Shown: positions 18,868 to 28,916 of the stretch, one piece after another
Layout of the letters: each line of letters begins with the position of its first letter
Position numbering within the stretch: position 1 is the first letter of the stretch
Assembly: GCA_964291625.2 (NCBI GenBank)
Contig: OZ220089.1
Span: 512,001 to 576,000 of the forward strand
Direction: 5' to 3'
Length of the DNA: 64,000 nucleotides
Source: Candidatus Latescibacterota bacterium
GTDB lineage: Bacteria; Latescibacterota; UBA2968; UBA8231
The notes under the pieces: generated by a model
Seen by the model: the letters and a program-made list of their open reading frames with translations, nothing else
Databases searched by the model: none
Told to the model about the DNA's origin: nothing
Made by a program: the position numbers and the translations under genes

Positions 18868-20127
18868 TCAGCCCAGTTCTTCGGGACGCCGCTCCACCTC
18901 GACGCCGGTGGACAGGTCGCGCACCTTCACCCGGCCGCGCGCCCACTCCTCCGGCGCCAGCAGCAGCAGCCGTTCGGCGCCGGCCGCGTCGGCGTGGCGG
19001 AAGGCCCACTTCATGCGCCGGTCCTCCAGGATCAGGTCGACCGAGCGTCCGGCCCGGCGCAGGCGGGCGGCCACCTCCATGGCCGGAGCGCGCAGGCCGC
19101 CGGCAAAGGCGAAGACCACGTCGTCGACCTTCGCGGGCAGCGCCGGCAGCCGCCCCAGGTCGTTGAGCAGCTCGATGACGACGGCGTCGCCGAAGCCGAA
19201 GCCGCAGGCCGGCACGTCCCGCCCCCCGAAGGCCGACAGCAGCCGGTCGTAGCGGCCGCCGCCGCAGAGGGCGCGCAGCTCCCCCGCCGCCGGGAAGGCC
19301 TCGAAGACGACGCCCGTGTAGTAGGCGAGGCCGCGCACGAGGGAGGGATCGAAGCGCAGCCAGCCGTCGTACCCGTAGGCGGCGGACAGCTCGAAGAGGC
19401 GCTCGAGATCGTCCAGGCCCCTGGCGTCGCCGCCCAGGGCGCGGGCCTGCTCCAGGGAGCCGCAGGAGGCGAACTCGAGGGCGCGGTCGACGACGGCGGC
19501 CTCGAGGCCGAGGCGCCCCAGCTCCTCCTCCACCGCCTCGCGGGGGACCTTCTCCAGCTTGTCCAGGAGCACGCAGACCGGTCCGAAGAGGTCCTCGCCC
19601 ACGCCCACGGCCTCGAGCAGGCCCTGCAGCAGGAGCCGGTTGGAGACGCGCACGTCCACCTCCTCCGCCTCGATCCCGAGATCCTCGAAGAGGGCCACGG
19701 CGGCGGCCAGCAACTCGGCCTCGGCGGTGACCTCGGCGACGCCGAAGACGTCCATGTTCCACTGGAAGTGCTCGCGCCGGCGGCCCCGGGTCATGCGCTC
19801 GTAGCGCCAGCACTGGGGCAGGCTGAACCACTTGATCGGCAGGCCGAGGGCGCCCCCCTTCTGCAGCACCATGCGCGCCAGGGAGGGCGTCATCTCCGGC
19901 CGCAGGGCCAGGTCGCGGCCGGACTTGTCCTGGAAGGTGTAGATCTGGTCGACGATCTCCTCGCCGGCCTTGCGCACGTAGAGGTCGGCGGACTCGACCA
20001 CGGGGGCGTCGTACTCCTCGAAGCCGAAGCGCCGCGCCGCCTCGCGGAAGCGGCCGTGGAGCCAGGTGCGCAGGCGCATCTCGGCCGGGTAGAAGTCGCG
20101 GGTGCCGCGCGGTGGCGAGAGGTTCAT
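18868..20127 (-). CDS. hisS: Histidine--tRNA ligase
   Basis: PRGTRDF, LRPEMT, CWRYER...GRRREHFQWN, RGLAYYTG, GGGRYD; anticodon domain present. Confidence 0.96.
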   Translation of the reverse strand: MNLSPPRGTRDFYPAEMRLRTWLHGRFREAARRFGFEEYDAPVVESADLYVRKAGEEIVDQIYTFQDKSGRDLALRPEMTPSLARMVLQKGGALGLPIKWFSLPQCWRYERMTRGRRREHFQWNMDVFGVAEVTAEAELLAAAVALFEDLGIEAEEVDVRVSNRLLLQGLLEAVGVGEDLFGPVCVLLDKLEKVPREAVEEELGRLGLEAAVVDRALEFASCGSLEQARALGGDARGLDDLERLFELSAAYGYDGWLRFDPSLVRGLAYYTGVVFEAFPAAGELRALCGGGRYDRLLSAFGGRDVPACGFGFGDAVVIELLNDLGRLPALPAKVDDVVFAFAGGLRAPAMEVAARLRRAGRSVDLILEDRRMKWAFRHADAAGAERLLLLAPEEWARGRVKVRDLSTGVEVERRPEELG

Positions 20128-20192
20128 GCCGAGAAGGGTCGGAGCCGGACCCGATGGTGGCAAGGGGGCGGCGGGCGGAGCCCGCGTGCCCG

Positions 20193-20744
20193 TCAGGAGA
20201 ACAGGTCCGAGATCGGCAGCACCCAGCCCGGCACGACGTCGGCGCCCTCCAGGGACTCGCCCTCGACGAGGACGCGGATGTCGCCGCGCGACCGGTAACA
20301 GGTCACCGTGCGGGTCTGCGGAAGGACGACGAGGACGAGGCGGCAGCCGGCGTCGAGCCAGTCGAAGACCTTCTCCTCCACCTCCGCGTGGGTGTCGCCC
20401 GGGGAGACGACCTCGGCCGCCAGGTCCGGCGCCCCCGACCGGAATCCCTCGATCCGGCCGGTGGCCGCGACGCGCTCGCGGCGGACGAAGGCCACGTCCG
20501 GGGCCCGGACGGTGTCGGGATCGGATGCGAGCCTGAATCCGGTCTCCGCCGCGTAGACCCGCCCGAGGCCGCGGGCCCTCACGTGAGCGAAGAGCAGCCC
20601 GCTGAGAGTGGCGGCGATCTCGCCGTGGGCGTCCCCGGCGGGGGTCAATCTCCTCAACTCTCCTGCCACGAGCTCGTAACGGAAGCCGTCGTCCGGCATC
20701 TCCAGGAGCTCGTCGGCGGTGATCGGCCGGTCAAGGGTGGTCAT
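20193..20744 (-). CDS. Uma2 family (DUF820) endonuclease-fold protein
   Basis: YELVAGEL, ETGF, VRAPDVAF, APDLAAEVVSP. Confidence 0.92.
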   Translation of the reverse strand: MTTLDRPITADELLEMPDDGFRYELVAGELRRLTPAGDAHGEIAATLSGLLFAHVRARGLGRVYAAETGFRLASDPDTVRAPDVAFVRRERVAATGRIEGFRSGAPDLAAEVVSPGDTHAEVEEKVFDWLDAGCRLVLVVLPQTRTVTCYRSRGDIRVLVEGESLEGADVVPGWVLPISDLFS

Positions 20745-20798
20745 ACGTCCTCCGGCTTCAATATACGACAGGATACCGGAAGGATCGCCCGGGCCTGG

Positions 20799-21668
20799 TC
20801 ACGGTCTCGAGCCGCGGTCGATCAGCTCGCCGAGGACGACGGCGGCCAGGCCGAGGGCCATCCCCGGCAGCAGCCGCCGGCTCTGCCTTCCCGCGGACGG
20901 ACGGCCTCGCCAGAGATCGCGGCAGGTCCGGGCCAGGAGCACGTCGAGGAGGACCACGGGAGCCAGGTAGCCCCAGCCGTAGATCCCCAGGAGCGCCGGC
21001 AGCGGAGCGGCCAGGGCCGTGACCGCGAGGAGGGCCGCGGCCGCCCGCTCCGCCGCGCGCTCCCCGCGCAGGCTGGCCAGGGTGCGGGCTCCGTGGACGC
21101 GGTCGCCCTCCACGTCCTCGGCGCCCTTGAGGATCTCGCGCCCCAGGTGGTAGACCAGGGCGAAGGCCGCCGGGACCCACCAGCGGCCGCCGCCCCCCGC
21201 GGCGACGGCGCCGTACGGGAAGGTGGCCGCCGCCAGCAGGCTGACCAGGAGGTTGCCCGGGAGCCCCAGGCGCTTCCACCACCAGTTGTAGAGGGCCAGC
21301 CCCGCGGCGACGGCGAAGGCGATCGCCCCGGGCGCCAGGCCGACGACGAAGGCGGTCCCGAGGCCGGCGGCCCCGAGGCCGGTGGACAGCACCAGGGCCG
21401 CCGCGGGGGAGAGGCGCCCCGATGGCAGCGGCCGGTCGGGGCGGTTGACGCGGTCGGCGGGCAGGTCGAGCACGTCGTTGAGGCCGTTGCCGGCGGCGGC
21501 CACGGCGGCGGCGGCGACGGCGGCGGCGGCGACCCCGGCCGTGGCGTGGGGATGGCCCGAGGCGAGGGCCCCGACCCACACCGAGACCGCGGTGAGAGCG
21601 CAGTTCGAGGGCCTCGCGAGGGCGGCGGCCGCCGCGGCCCGGAGCCCCAGGCGGGAGAGTCCCTTCAC
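20799..21668 (-). CDS. UbiA-family prenyltransferase, DGGGP-synthase-like
   Basis: ARPSN, GNGLNDVLDLPADRVNRPDRPLPSG, YNWWWKR...GNLLVS, REILKGAEDVEGD. Confidence 0.82.
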   Translation of the reverse strand: MKGLSRLGLRAAAAAALARPSNCALTAVSVWVGALASGHPHATAGVAAAAVAAAAVAAAGNGLNDVLDLPADRVNRPDRPLPSGRLSPAAALVLSTGLGAAGLGTAFVVGLAPGAIAFAVAAGLALYNWWWKRLGLPGNLLVSLLAAATFPYGAVAAGGGGRWWVPAAFALVYHLGREILKGAEDVEGDRVHGARTLASLRGERAAERAAAALLAVTALAAPLPALLGIYGWGYLAPVVLLDVLLARTCRDLWRGRPSAGRQSRRLLPGMALGLAAVVLGELIDRGSRP

Positions 21669-21759
21669 GCCTCGGGGCCCTCCTCCCGGGAGGCCTTGCC
21701 GAAGCGGGTGTTTCTTGAGCTAACCCATTGAAAAAAAAGGCGCTTCTCCAAGAAATCGC

Positions 21760-21789
21760 TTGACATGGCCGCCGGGGCCGGAGTATGTT
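21760..21789 (+). promoter_or_regulatory. Putative sigma70 promoter of the HU gene
   Basis: TTGACA (21760-21765), 18-bp spacer, TATGTT (21784-21789); AT-rich tract upstream. Confidence 0.55.
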
Positions 21790-21850
21790 GTGCAACCACT
21801 TTATTACCAATAACTAAGGCCACATTTCGCCACCCGGTCTGCGCCTCCCG

Positions 21851-22240
21851 ATGACTACCCCCCCGACCCGGAGTTGCGGTCCCTTGTCCACCATCACCAA
21901 GAAGGACCTGGCCCTTCTCGTCAGCCAGAACACGGGCTGCAAGAAGAACCTGGCCGCCAAGATGGTGGACAGCCTCTTCGTCGCCATGCGCGACAGCCTG
22001 ATCGAGGGCCACCGCATCGAGATTCGGGGGTTCGGCGTCTTCCAGGTCAAGGACACCCGCCCCAAGCCGGCGGCCCGGAACCCCCGCACGGGCGAGATCA
22101 TCTACGTCCCCGCCCGCCGCAAGACGCACTTCAAGCCCGGCCGCCTCCTCAAGGAGGCCCTGCACCGGGCCCGGGACCCCGGCGGGAACTTCGCTCTCCC
22201 CCTCCACCTCGACGACGAAGACGACGACGACGAGCCGTAG
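21851..22240 (+). CDS. HU/IHF family DNA-binding protein with acidic tail
   Basis: TITKKDL, IEIRGFGVF, ARNPRTGE, FKPG; true start may be TTG 21884. Confidence 0.92.
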   Translation: MTTPPTRSCGPLSTITKKDLALLVSQNTGCKKNLAAKMVDSLFVAMRDSLIEGHRIEIRGFGVFQVKDTRPKPAARNPRTGEIIYVPARRKTHFKPGRLLKEALHRARDPGGNFALPLHLDDEDDDDEP

Positions 22241-22252
22241 CGCCGCCGCCCG

Positions 22253-22900
22253 TCACTCCGCTTCCAGGATCTCCCGCACCTGCTCGCGCCAGTCGCCGGG
22301 CAGGCGCACCGCCCCTTCCACCCGCATCCCCTCCACCAGCGAGCCCAGGATCCGCCGCCGCTCGGCGAACTCCGGGACCGTGCGCCGCACGTGCTCGCGG
22401 GCCCGGCCGAGGGCGGTCAGGTACTCGGCGAACTCCTGCCCGAAGAGCCCCTCCAGGTCCTGGCGCAGGCGCCGCGACAGGGAGGGGCTGGCGTTGCTGG
22501 TGCTGATGCTGATCCGCAGGGGGCCGGCGCCGACGAGGGCGCCCATGCCGAAGTGGGACCGGGCGGCGTCGTCGTAGGTGTTGACCAGGATGCCCCGCTC
22601 CCGGCAGGCGTCCCAGACCTCGTCGCAGAGGGCGAGGTCGCTGCGCACCGTGTTCATCACCAGGAAGACCTCGTCGAGGTCGGCGGCCCGGTAGCGCCGG
22701 GAACGCAGCTCCAGCCGGCCGCGGTCGTGCCAGTCGCGCAGCGCCGCCGTCGCCCTTGGGCTGACCACCCGGAGCCGGGCCCCGGCGTCGACCAGACGCC
22801 CGGACTTGTCCTCGGCCTCGGCGCCGCCGCCGACGACCAGGCACCGGCGGCCGCGCACGTCGAGGCCGACCTGGAAGAGCGGGTTCAGGCCGTCGGTCAC
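22253..22900 (-). CDS. Precorrin-2 dehydrogenase/sirohydrochlorin ferrochelatase (SirC/CysG-N-like)
   Basis: LVVGGGAEAEDK, VNTYDD, ISISTSNASPSLSRRLR. Confidence 0.85.
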   Translation of the reverse strand: MTDGLNPLFQVGLDVRGRRCLVVGGGAEAEDKSGRLVDAGARLRVVSPRATAALRDWHDRGRLELRSRRYRAADLDEVFLVMNTVRSDLALCDEVWDACRERGILVNTYDDAARSHFGMGALVGAGPLRISISTSNASPSLSRRLRQDLEGLFGQEFAEYLTALGRAREHVRRTVPEFAERRRILGSLVEGMRVEGAVRLPGDWREQVREILEAE

Positions 22901-23406
22901 CGTCTTGGGGAAATGGTGTGGACCAGGTGGCCGAGCTCCGGCAGGATGAGCTTGTCCATGGCCAGGCGCACGGCCCCGGTCGAGCCGGGCAGGGAGATCA
23001 GGATCCGCCCCCGGTAGGTGCCGGCCGTGGCGCGGGACATGATGGCCGCCGCTCCGATCTCCTCGAAGGAGAGGGCGCGGAAGATCTCGCCGAAGCCGGG
23101 CAGCCGCTTGTCGAGCATGTTGTCGACGACCTCGAAGGTGTTGTCCCGGGGCGCGATGCCGGTACCGCCGTTGAGGATCAGGGCCTGGCAGCCGCCCTTC
23201 TCGAGGGCCATCGCCATCTCGCCCTTGATCTGCCGCGCCGTGTCCTTGACGATGGCGTAGTGGACCACCTTGTGGCCGGCGCCGGTGAGGCGCTCCCGGA
23301 TGAGCCCTCCGCTCTTGTCGCTGTCGCGGTCGCGGCTGTCGCTGACGGTGATCACCGCCACCCCCACCTCGGCGGGGGCGGCCTCCCGGTGCTCTACGTG
23401 GCTCAT
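22897..23406 (-). CDS. moaB: Molybdenum cofactor biosynthesis protein MoaB/MogA
   Basis: ITVSDSR, GGTGIAPRDNT, GFGEIFR, AIMSRATAG, LPGS. Confidence 0.9.
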   Translation of the reverse strand: MSHVEHREAAPAEVGVAVITVSDSRDRDSDKSGGLIRERLTGAGHKVVHYAIVKDTARQIKGEMAMALEKGGCQALILNGGTGIAPRDNTFEVVDNMLDKRLPGFGEIFRALSFEEIGAAAIMSRATAGTYRGRILISLPGSTGAVRLAMDKLILPELGHLVHTISPRR

Positions 23407-23849
23407 GGCGCCTCTTCCGTCCCCGCGGCGAGGGAGGCGTAGCTGCGGCCCTCCGGATCGCCGGAGCCGGTGGGCAGCCCGAGCTCGGCCCAGCCCTTGG
23501 CCAGGCTCTCCCCGGACGGCGAGCGCCGGCCGCCGAAGCCGCCCTTGACGTTGCTCACGTCGGTGTAGCCGGCGGCCTCCAGGATCCCGGCGGCGGCGGC
23601 GGAACGCTGCCCGCTCAGGCAGCCGAGGAGCAGCCGGGAGTCCCTCGGAAAGCGCGACTCCATGACGGAGAGGAAGTCGGCGTTGGGGGCCAGGCCCAGG
23701 GCCTGGCGGTGCATGACGGGGACGTTGAGGGCGCCGGCGGGGTGGCCTTCCTGGAACTCCGGGACCGAACGCACGTCCACGTAGACATGACCGCCGCCGG
23801 CATCGAGGAGCGCCGCGGCTTCCTCGACTGTGACTTCCTTGTGGCTCAT
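23403..23849 (-). CDS. Rhodanese-like domain protein
   Basis: YVDVRSVPEFQEGHPAGALNVP, CLSGQRS, GGF...W. Confidence 0.9.
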   Translation of the reverse strand: MSHKEVTVEEAAALLDAGGGHVYVDVRSVPEFQEGHPAGALNVPVMHRQALGLAPNADFLSVMESRFPRDSRLLLGCLSGQRSAAAAGILEAAGYTDVSNVKGGFGGRRSPSGESLAKGWAELGLPTGSGDPEGRSYASLAAGTEEAP

Positions 23850-23964
23850 GGGAGAGACCTCCTGGAGGATGAACTCGGGGGGACCGGGGCGGGCCGGCGC
23901 CTTTGGCGCCACCTTGACAGAGTCCTCGAAGTACGGCAGACTCGCCCTTCCCGATCGCTCCGTA

Positions 23965-25086
23965 ATGTATTGTTTCCAACAACATAGACAACTTGTGCCG
24001 GGCCTCTCGGCGATCCTCCTGGCGGCCCTCGCCGGCTGCGGCCCGATCGGCGGCGCCCAGGACTCCGAAGAGGGCGCCGAGACCGCCGAAGCCGCCGCCG
24101 ACTCGGCCCGGACCGACACCACCGCCGGCGCCGTGCCGGTGCAGACCCGGCCCGTCGTGCGCGGCGACATCTCCTCCGCCCTGGTCTTCAGCTCCACCAT
24201 CGAGACCGAGGACGCCGTCGAGATCCACCCCGAGGTCAGCGGCCGCGTGGAGCGGGTCGCCGTCGAGGAGGGCGACCAGGTGGCCGCGGGCGACCTGCTG
24301 GTCCGCCTCGACGCCGAGCAGGCCCGCCTCGAGGACCGCGAGAGCGAGGTCGACCTGCGCCAACTGGAGAGCTCCTTCGGCCGCACCGAGGAGATGTTCG
24401 GCCGCGGCCTGATCTCGACCCAGGAGTACGAGGACCAGCAGTTCGAGCTCGAGCGCGCCCGCCTGCGCCGCGAGCGGGCCGGACTCGCCCTCTCCCACAC
24501 CGCGATCCGCGCCCCCTTCTCGGGGGTCATCACCTCCCGCGGGGTGCAGACCGGCGCCCGCGTGTCGCCGGCGGTCAAGCTCTTCGACCTGGTCAAGCTC
24601 GACGACATGATCGCCCGGGTGCACGTGCCCGGACGCTACCTGATGCAGGTGAGCATCGGCCAGCCGGCCACGGTCTCCAGCGACTTCCTGGAGGACGTGG
24701 ACTGCCCGGCGTACGTGAAGCGGATCAGCCCCGTCGTCGATCCCCGGTCCGGCACCTTCAAGGTCACCGTGGGCGTGCAGGACCCCTGGCGCCACCTGCG
24801 CCCCGGCATCTTCGTGACCGTGCGCGTCGTCACCGGCACCCACGCGCGGGCGGTGCTCGTGCCCAAGGAGGCCGTCGTCTACGAGGCTGACGAGCGCTAC
24901 GTCTTCGTCGTCGAAGGCGGCACGGCGCGGCGCCTGCGCCTCGACGCCGGCTACGAGAACGCCGACTTCGTCGAGGCCCTCTCGGGGCTGTCCGCCGGCG
25001 CCGACGTCATCGTCGTCGGCCAGAAGGGGCTCCGGGACCAGGCCAGCGTCAAGGTCGTCAACCCTCCCGCCCCACCCGCGGGATGA
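23965..25086 (+). CDS. RND efflux periplasmic adaptor (MFP) lipoprotein
   Basis: LAGC lipobox; V.VEEGDQV..GDLL, IRAPFSGVI, ISPVVDP, LRPG. Confidence 0.92.
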   Translation: MYCFQQHRQLVPGLSAILLAALAGCGPIGGAQDSEEGAETAEAAADSARTDTTAGAVPVQTRPVVRGDISSALVFSSTIETEDAVEIHPEVSGRVERVAVEEGDQVAAGDLLVRLDAEQARLEDRESEVDLRQLESSFGRTEEMFGRGLISTQEYEDQQFELERARLRRERAGLALSHTAIRAPFSGVITSRGVQTGARVSPAVKLFDLVKLDDMIARVHVPGRYLMQVSIGQPATVSSDFLEDVDCPAYVKRISPVVDPRSGTFKVTVGVQDPWRHLRPGIFVTVRVVTGTHARAVLVPKEAVVYEADERYVFVVEGGTARRLRLDAGYENADFVEALSGLSAGADVIVVGQKGLRDQASVKVVNPPAPPAG

Positions 25087-28000
25087 CCGGCGCAAGCCCC
25101 CCGGCCGGCGGCCCCCCGGAGGCCTCCGGCGCCGGGGGCGCGTCCTCCCTCTTCGCCGTCACCACCCGCCGTCCCGTGGCCATCCTGATGGTGGTCATGG
25201 CCGTCTGCGTCTTCGGCTGGGTCTCCTACCAGCGCCTCTCCCTGGAGCTGATGCCCGATGTCGCCTACCCGGCGCTGACGGTGCGCACCAAGTACCCGGG
25301 CAGCGCTCCCGAGGAGGTGGAGAAGCTGGTCTCCCGGCCCCTGGAGCGAGAGCTGGGCATCCTCCCGCGCCTGGTGGCCATGCGCTCCATCAGCAAGGCC
25401 GGCCAGTCGGACCTGGTCCTCGAGTTCGAGTGGGAGACCGACATGAACGCCGCGGCCGCCGACATCCGCGAGAAGGTGGACCGCACCTGGCTTCCCGAGG
25501 AGGCCGGCAAGCCGCTGCTGCTGCGCTACGATCCCTCCCTCGAGCCGGTGCTGCGCGTCGGCCTGTCGGGCGGGCGCGGGCTCTACCATCTACGCGAGCT
25601 CGCCGAGGAGGAGGTGCGCCGCGAGCTGGAGTCGATCCCCGGGGTGGCCGCCGTCAAGGTCCGGGGCGGCCTGGAGCAGGAGATCCACGTGGCCCTGCGG
25701 GAGCGGCAGATCGCCCTCCTCGGGCTCGACGCGGCCACCGTCGAGCAGCGTCTGGCCGAGGCCGACGTCAACCTGCCGGGAGGCCGCCTGCGCGAGGGGG
25801 GCACGGAGTACCTGGTGCGCACCCTCAACGAGCTCGACTCGGTGGCCGAGATCGAGGAGCTGGTCGTGGCCCGCTCCGGCGGCGCCGAGATCCGCCTGCG
25901 GGACATCGCCCGGGTGGAGGCCTCGCACAAGGACCGGGAGATCCTCACCCGCGTCAACGGCCGCGAGAGCGTCGATCTCGAGATCCACAAGGAGGCCGGG
26001 GCCAACATCGTCGCCGTGGCGCGCGCCGTGCGGGACCGCCTTCTCGGCACCGTGGAGCAGCGGGCCTGGGTGGCGTCCCGGGACACCGCCGCGGCCGCCG
26101 CCCCGGAGGCCGATGCCGGCAAGGACGCCGAGGCGCGGCGCAATGCGGCGGCCGTGCGCACCGTCACCGAGCAGCGCATGACGGACTTCGTCGCCCACCG
26201 TCTGCCGGCCGGGGTGGGCCTCGACGTGCTGTCGGACCAGTCGGCCTTCATCGAGAGCTCCATCGACGAGGTCCGCAAGAACGTCCTCCTGGGGGGCGCC
26301 ATCGCCGGCCTCGTGCTCCTCGTCTTCCTGCGCAACGTCGTCCACACCCTCATCGTGGCGGTCACCATCCCCGTCTCGGTGGTGGCCACCTTCGCGCCCA
26401 TGCACCTCTTCGACGTCTCCCTCAACATCATGTCCCTCGGAGGCCTGGCCCTGGGCGTGGGGATGCTCGTGGACAACTCCATCGTCGTCCTGGAGAGCAT
26501 CTTCCGCTGCCGCGAGGAGGGCGACGACCCGGTCACCGCCACGGTGCGGGGCACCGCCGCCGTGAGCAGCGCCGTGTGCGCCTCCACCCTGACCACGGTG
26601 GCCGTGTTCTTCCCCATCGTCTTCGTCGAGGGCGTGGCCGGGCAGGTCTTCGGCGACATGGCCCTCACGGTGGTGTTCTCGCTCCTGGCGTCGCTGGCGG
26701 TGGCCCTCTGGTTCATCCCCATGCTGGCCTCGCGCAGCGCCGGCCTGCCGGGGCTGGCCCCGGAGTCGCCCTTCCTGCGGCTGCCCTCCGGCGAGGGCCT
26801 GCGCCGGGCCGTGGGCCCCGGCCTCGCCCTCGGGGCGCGGCTGCGGCACGGCGCCCTCGTCCTGCCCCTGCTGCTGCGGGATCTGGCGGCGCGCGCGCTC
26901 CTGGCCCTGGCCGCGGTCCTGTGGGCGCTCCTGCAGAGCGCGGGCCTGCTGATCTTCCAGCTCGTCTGGCCGCTGCTGTGGCTGGCGGCGCGCTGGCGGC
27001 CGGGCCTGCCCTCCCACCGCCGCGTGGCCGGGTGGGCGTCGCGGCCGCCGCCGGTGCGCGGCTTCCCCGACTCGGTCTGGCCCGGCCTGCTCGACAACGG
27101 GTCGGCCGCCGCCCTGGGCGCCGACTGGGCCCGCTGGACCGCCTGGGTCCGCGGCCGCGGCAGCCGGACCGGGTTCGCGGCGCGGGCCCTGAGCGGGGTC
27201 CCCGTCATCCTCTGGCTGCTCCTGCGCTTCCTGGTGCACGACGTCCTGTGCCTGGCGCGGAGCCTGCTGCTGACCGTGCTCCTCGTCGCCGCGGTGCTGG
27301 CCGCGGGGGGCCTCGTGCTGGCCGCCCTCGTGCTGTCGCCGGCGGCGCCGGTCCTCGCCCTGCTGAGGGGCGGCCTGGAGCTGGCGCGGCGGACCTACCC
27401 CGGCCTCCTCGGCGGCGCCCTGCGCCGGCGCGCCTTCGTCCTGGGGGGCGCGGCCCTCGCCTTCTGGGCCTGCTGGACGCAGTTGCTGCCGGCCCTCGGC
27501 ACGGAGCTGATCCCGCCCGTGCACCAGGGGGAGTTCCGCGTCGACCTGACCCTGCCGGTGGGCACCCCGCTGGAGCGCACGGCCGAGGCCGCCGCCGAGG
27601 TGGAAGCCATCGCCCTGGCCCTGCCGGGGGTGGAACGCGCCGCCACCCGGGTCGGCTCGGACCGCACCGCCGCGGCCACCGCCGACGAGGGCGAGCACAC
27701 GGCCCGCATCGCCGTCTACCTGGCGCCGGAGGTGGGGCCGGACGCCGAGGACCGCGTCATCGAGGACCTGCGCGGGCGCCTGCGCCGCCTCCCGGAGGTG
27801 GAGGCGGAGATCTCCTTCCCCTCCCTCTTCAGCCTGCGGACCCCCGTGGAGGTGGAGATCCGCGGCGAGGACCTGGGGGGCCTGCGGCGCCTGAGCGCCG
27901 AGACCGTGAGCGTCCTGTCCGCCCTGCCCGGTCTCGCCGACGTGCGGTCGACGCAGCAGGCCGGCCACCCGGAGCTGCAGATCCTCTACGACCGCGAGCG

Positions 28001-28916
28001 GCTGGCGAGCTACGGCCTCGACCTGCGGGCCGTGGCCGAGCGGGTGCGCCACAAGGTCCAGGGCCGCGTGGCCACCGGCCTGCGCCGCGACGAGCGCACC
28101 ATCGACGTCCTCGTGCGCCTGCGCGAGGAGGACCGCCTCGGTGTGGAGGAACTGCGGCGGCTGGTCGTCAACCCCGGCGGCGAGGTGCCGATCCGCCTCG
28201 GCTCGGTGGCCGCGATCCGCATCGCCGAGGGCCCGAGCGAGATCCGCCGCATCGACCAGCAGCGAGCCGCCCTGGTGACGGCCAACGTGGAGGGCCTGGA
28301 CCTGGGCACGGCGGCCGGGGCGATCCGCTCGACCCTCGGCGCCGCGGCCTTCCCGCCGGGGTTCACCTTCCTGGTGAGCGGCCAGAGCACCGAGATGGAG
28401 CGCTCCCTGGAGAGCCTGCTCTTCGCCCTCGGACTGGCCGTCTTCCTGGTCTACATCGTCATGGCCGGCCAGTTCGAGTCCCTCGTGCACCCCTTCGTCA
28501 TCCTCTTCACCGTGCCCCTGGCGGCGACCGGCGCCGTCGTCGCCCTCTACCTGATGGAGACGCCCCTGAGCGTCGTCGTCTTCATCGGCTTCATCATGCT
28601 CGCCGGCATCGTCGTCAACAACGCCATCGTCCTGGTGGACTACATCAACCGCCTGCGGCGCTCCGGGCTGGCCGCCGGCGAGGCGATCGTGCGCGCCGGG
28701 GCCGTGCGCCTGCGGCCGATCCTGATGACCACGTCGACCACCGTCCTCGGCCTGCTGCCCATGGCCCTCGGCCTCGGGGACGGCGCCGAGATCCGCTCGC
28801 CCATGGCGGTCACCGTCATCGCCGGGCTCATCAGCTCCACCTTCCTCACCCTCGTGGTGATCCCCGCCGTCTATTCCCTCACCGCCGGCCGGGGCGGACC
28901 GGGAGGGTCCGCGTGA
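25083..28916 (+). CDS. RND efflux permease (AcrB/MdtB-like) with a long hydrophobic insertion
   Basis: GMLVDNSIVVLE, GIVVNNAIVLVD, RLRPILMT. Confidence 0.93.
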   Translation: MTGASPPAGGPPEASGAGGASSLFAVTTRRPVAILMVVMAVCVFGWVSYQRLSLELMPDVAYPALTVRTKYPGSAPEEVEKLVSRPLERELGILPRLVAMRSISKAGQSDLVLEFEWETDMNAAAADIREKVDRTWLPEEAGKPLLLRYDPSLEPVLRVGLSGGRGLYHLRELAEEEVRRELESIPGVAAVKVRGGLEQEIHVALRERQIALLGLDAATVEQRLAEADVNLPGGRLREGGTEYLVRTLNELDSVAEIEELVVARSGGAEIRLRDIARVEASHKDREILTRVNGRESVDLEIHKEAGANIVAVARAVRDRLLGTVEQRAWVASRDTAAAAAPEADAGKDAEARRNAAAVRTVTEQRMTDFVAHRLPAGVGLDVLSDQSAFIESSIDEVRKNVLLGGAIAGLVLLVFLRNVVHTLIVAVTIPVSVVATFAPMHLFDVSLNIMSLGGLALGVGMLVDNSIVVLESIFRCREEGDDPVTATVRGTAAVSSAVCASTLTTVAVFFPIVFVEGVAGQVFGDMALTVVFSLLASLAVALWFIPMLASRSAGLPGLAPESPFLRLPSGEGLRRAVGPGLALGARLRHGALVLPLLLRDLAARALLALAAVLWALLQSAGLLIFQLVWPLLWLAARWRPGLPSHRRVAGWASRPPPVRGFPDSVWPGLLDNGSAAALGADWARWTAWVRGRGSRTGFAARALSGVPVILWLLLRFLVHDVLCLARSLLLTVLLVAAVLAAGGLVLAALVLSPAAPVLALLRGGLELARRTYPGLLGGALRRRAFVLGGAALAFWACWTQLLPALGTELIPPVHQGEFRVDLTLPVGTPLERTAEAAAEVEAIALALPGVERAATRVGSDRTAAATADEGEHTARIAVYLAPEVGPDAEDRVIEDLRGRLRRLPEVEAEISFPSLFSLRTPVEVEIRGEDLGGLRRLSAETVSVLSALPGLADVRSTQQAGHPELQILYDRERLASYGLDLRAVAERVRHKVQGRVATGLRRDERTIDVLVRLREEDRLGVEELRRLVVNPGGEVPIRLGSVAAIRIAEGPSEIRRIDQQRAALVTANVEGLDLGTAAGAIRSTLGAAAFPPGFTFLVSGQSTEMERSLESLLFALGLAVFLVYIVMAGQFESLVHPFVILFTVPLAATGAVVALYLMETPLSVVVFIGFIMLAGIVVNNAIVLVDYINRLRRSGLAAGEAIVRAGAVRLRPILMTTSTTVLGLLPMALGLGDGAEIRSPMAVTVIAGLISSTFLTLVVIPAVYSLTAGRGGPGGSA

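Noticed and set aside
20193-20744. Uma2 protein as a defence system
   Set aside because: A solitary member of a commonly expanded family, with no associated methylase or other defence genes.
25430-28912. N-terminal ~1160 aa of the 2204-aa ORF
   Set aside because: Arg/Gly/Pro-rich off-frame read-through over the first RND gene; the real second RND starts at GTG 28913.
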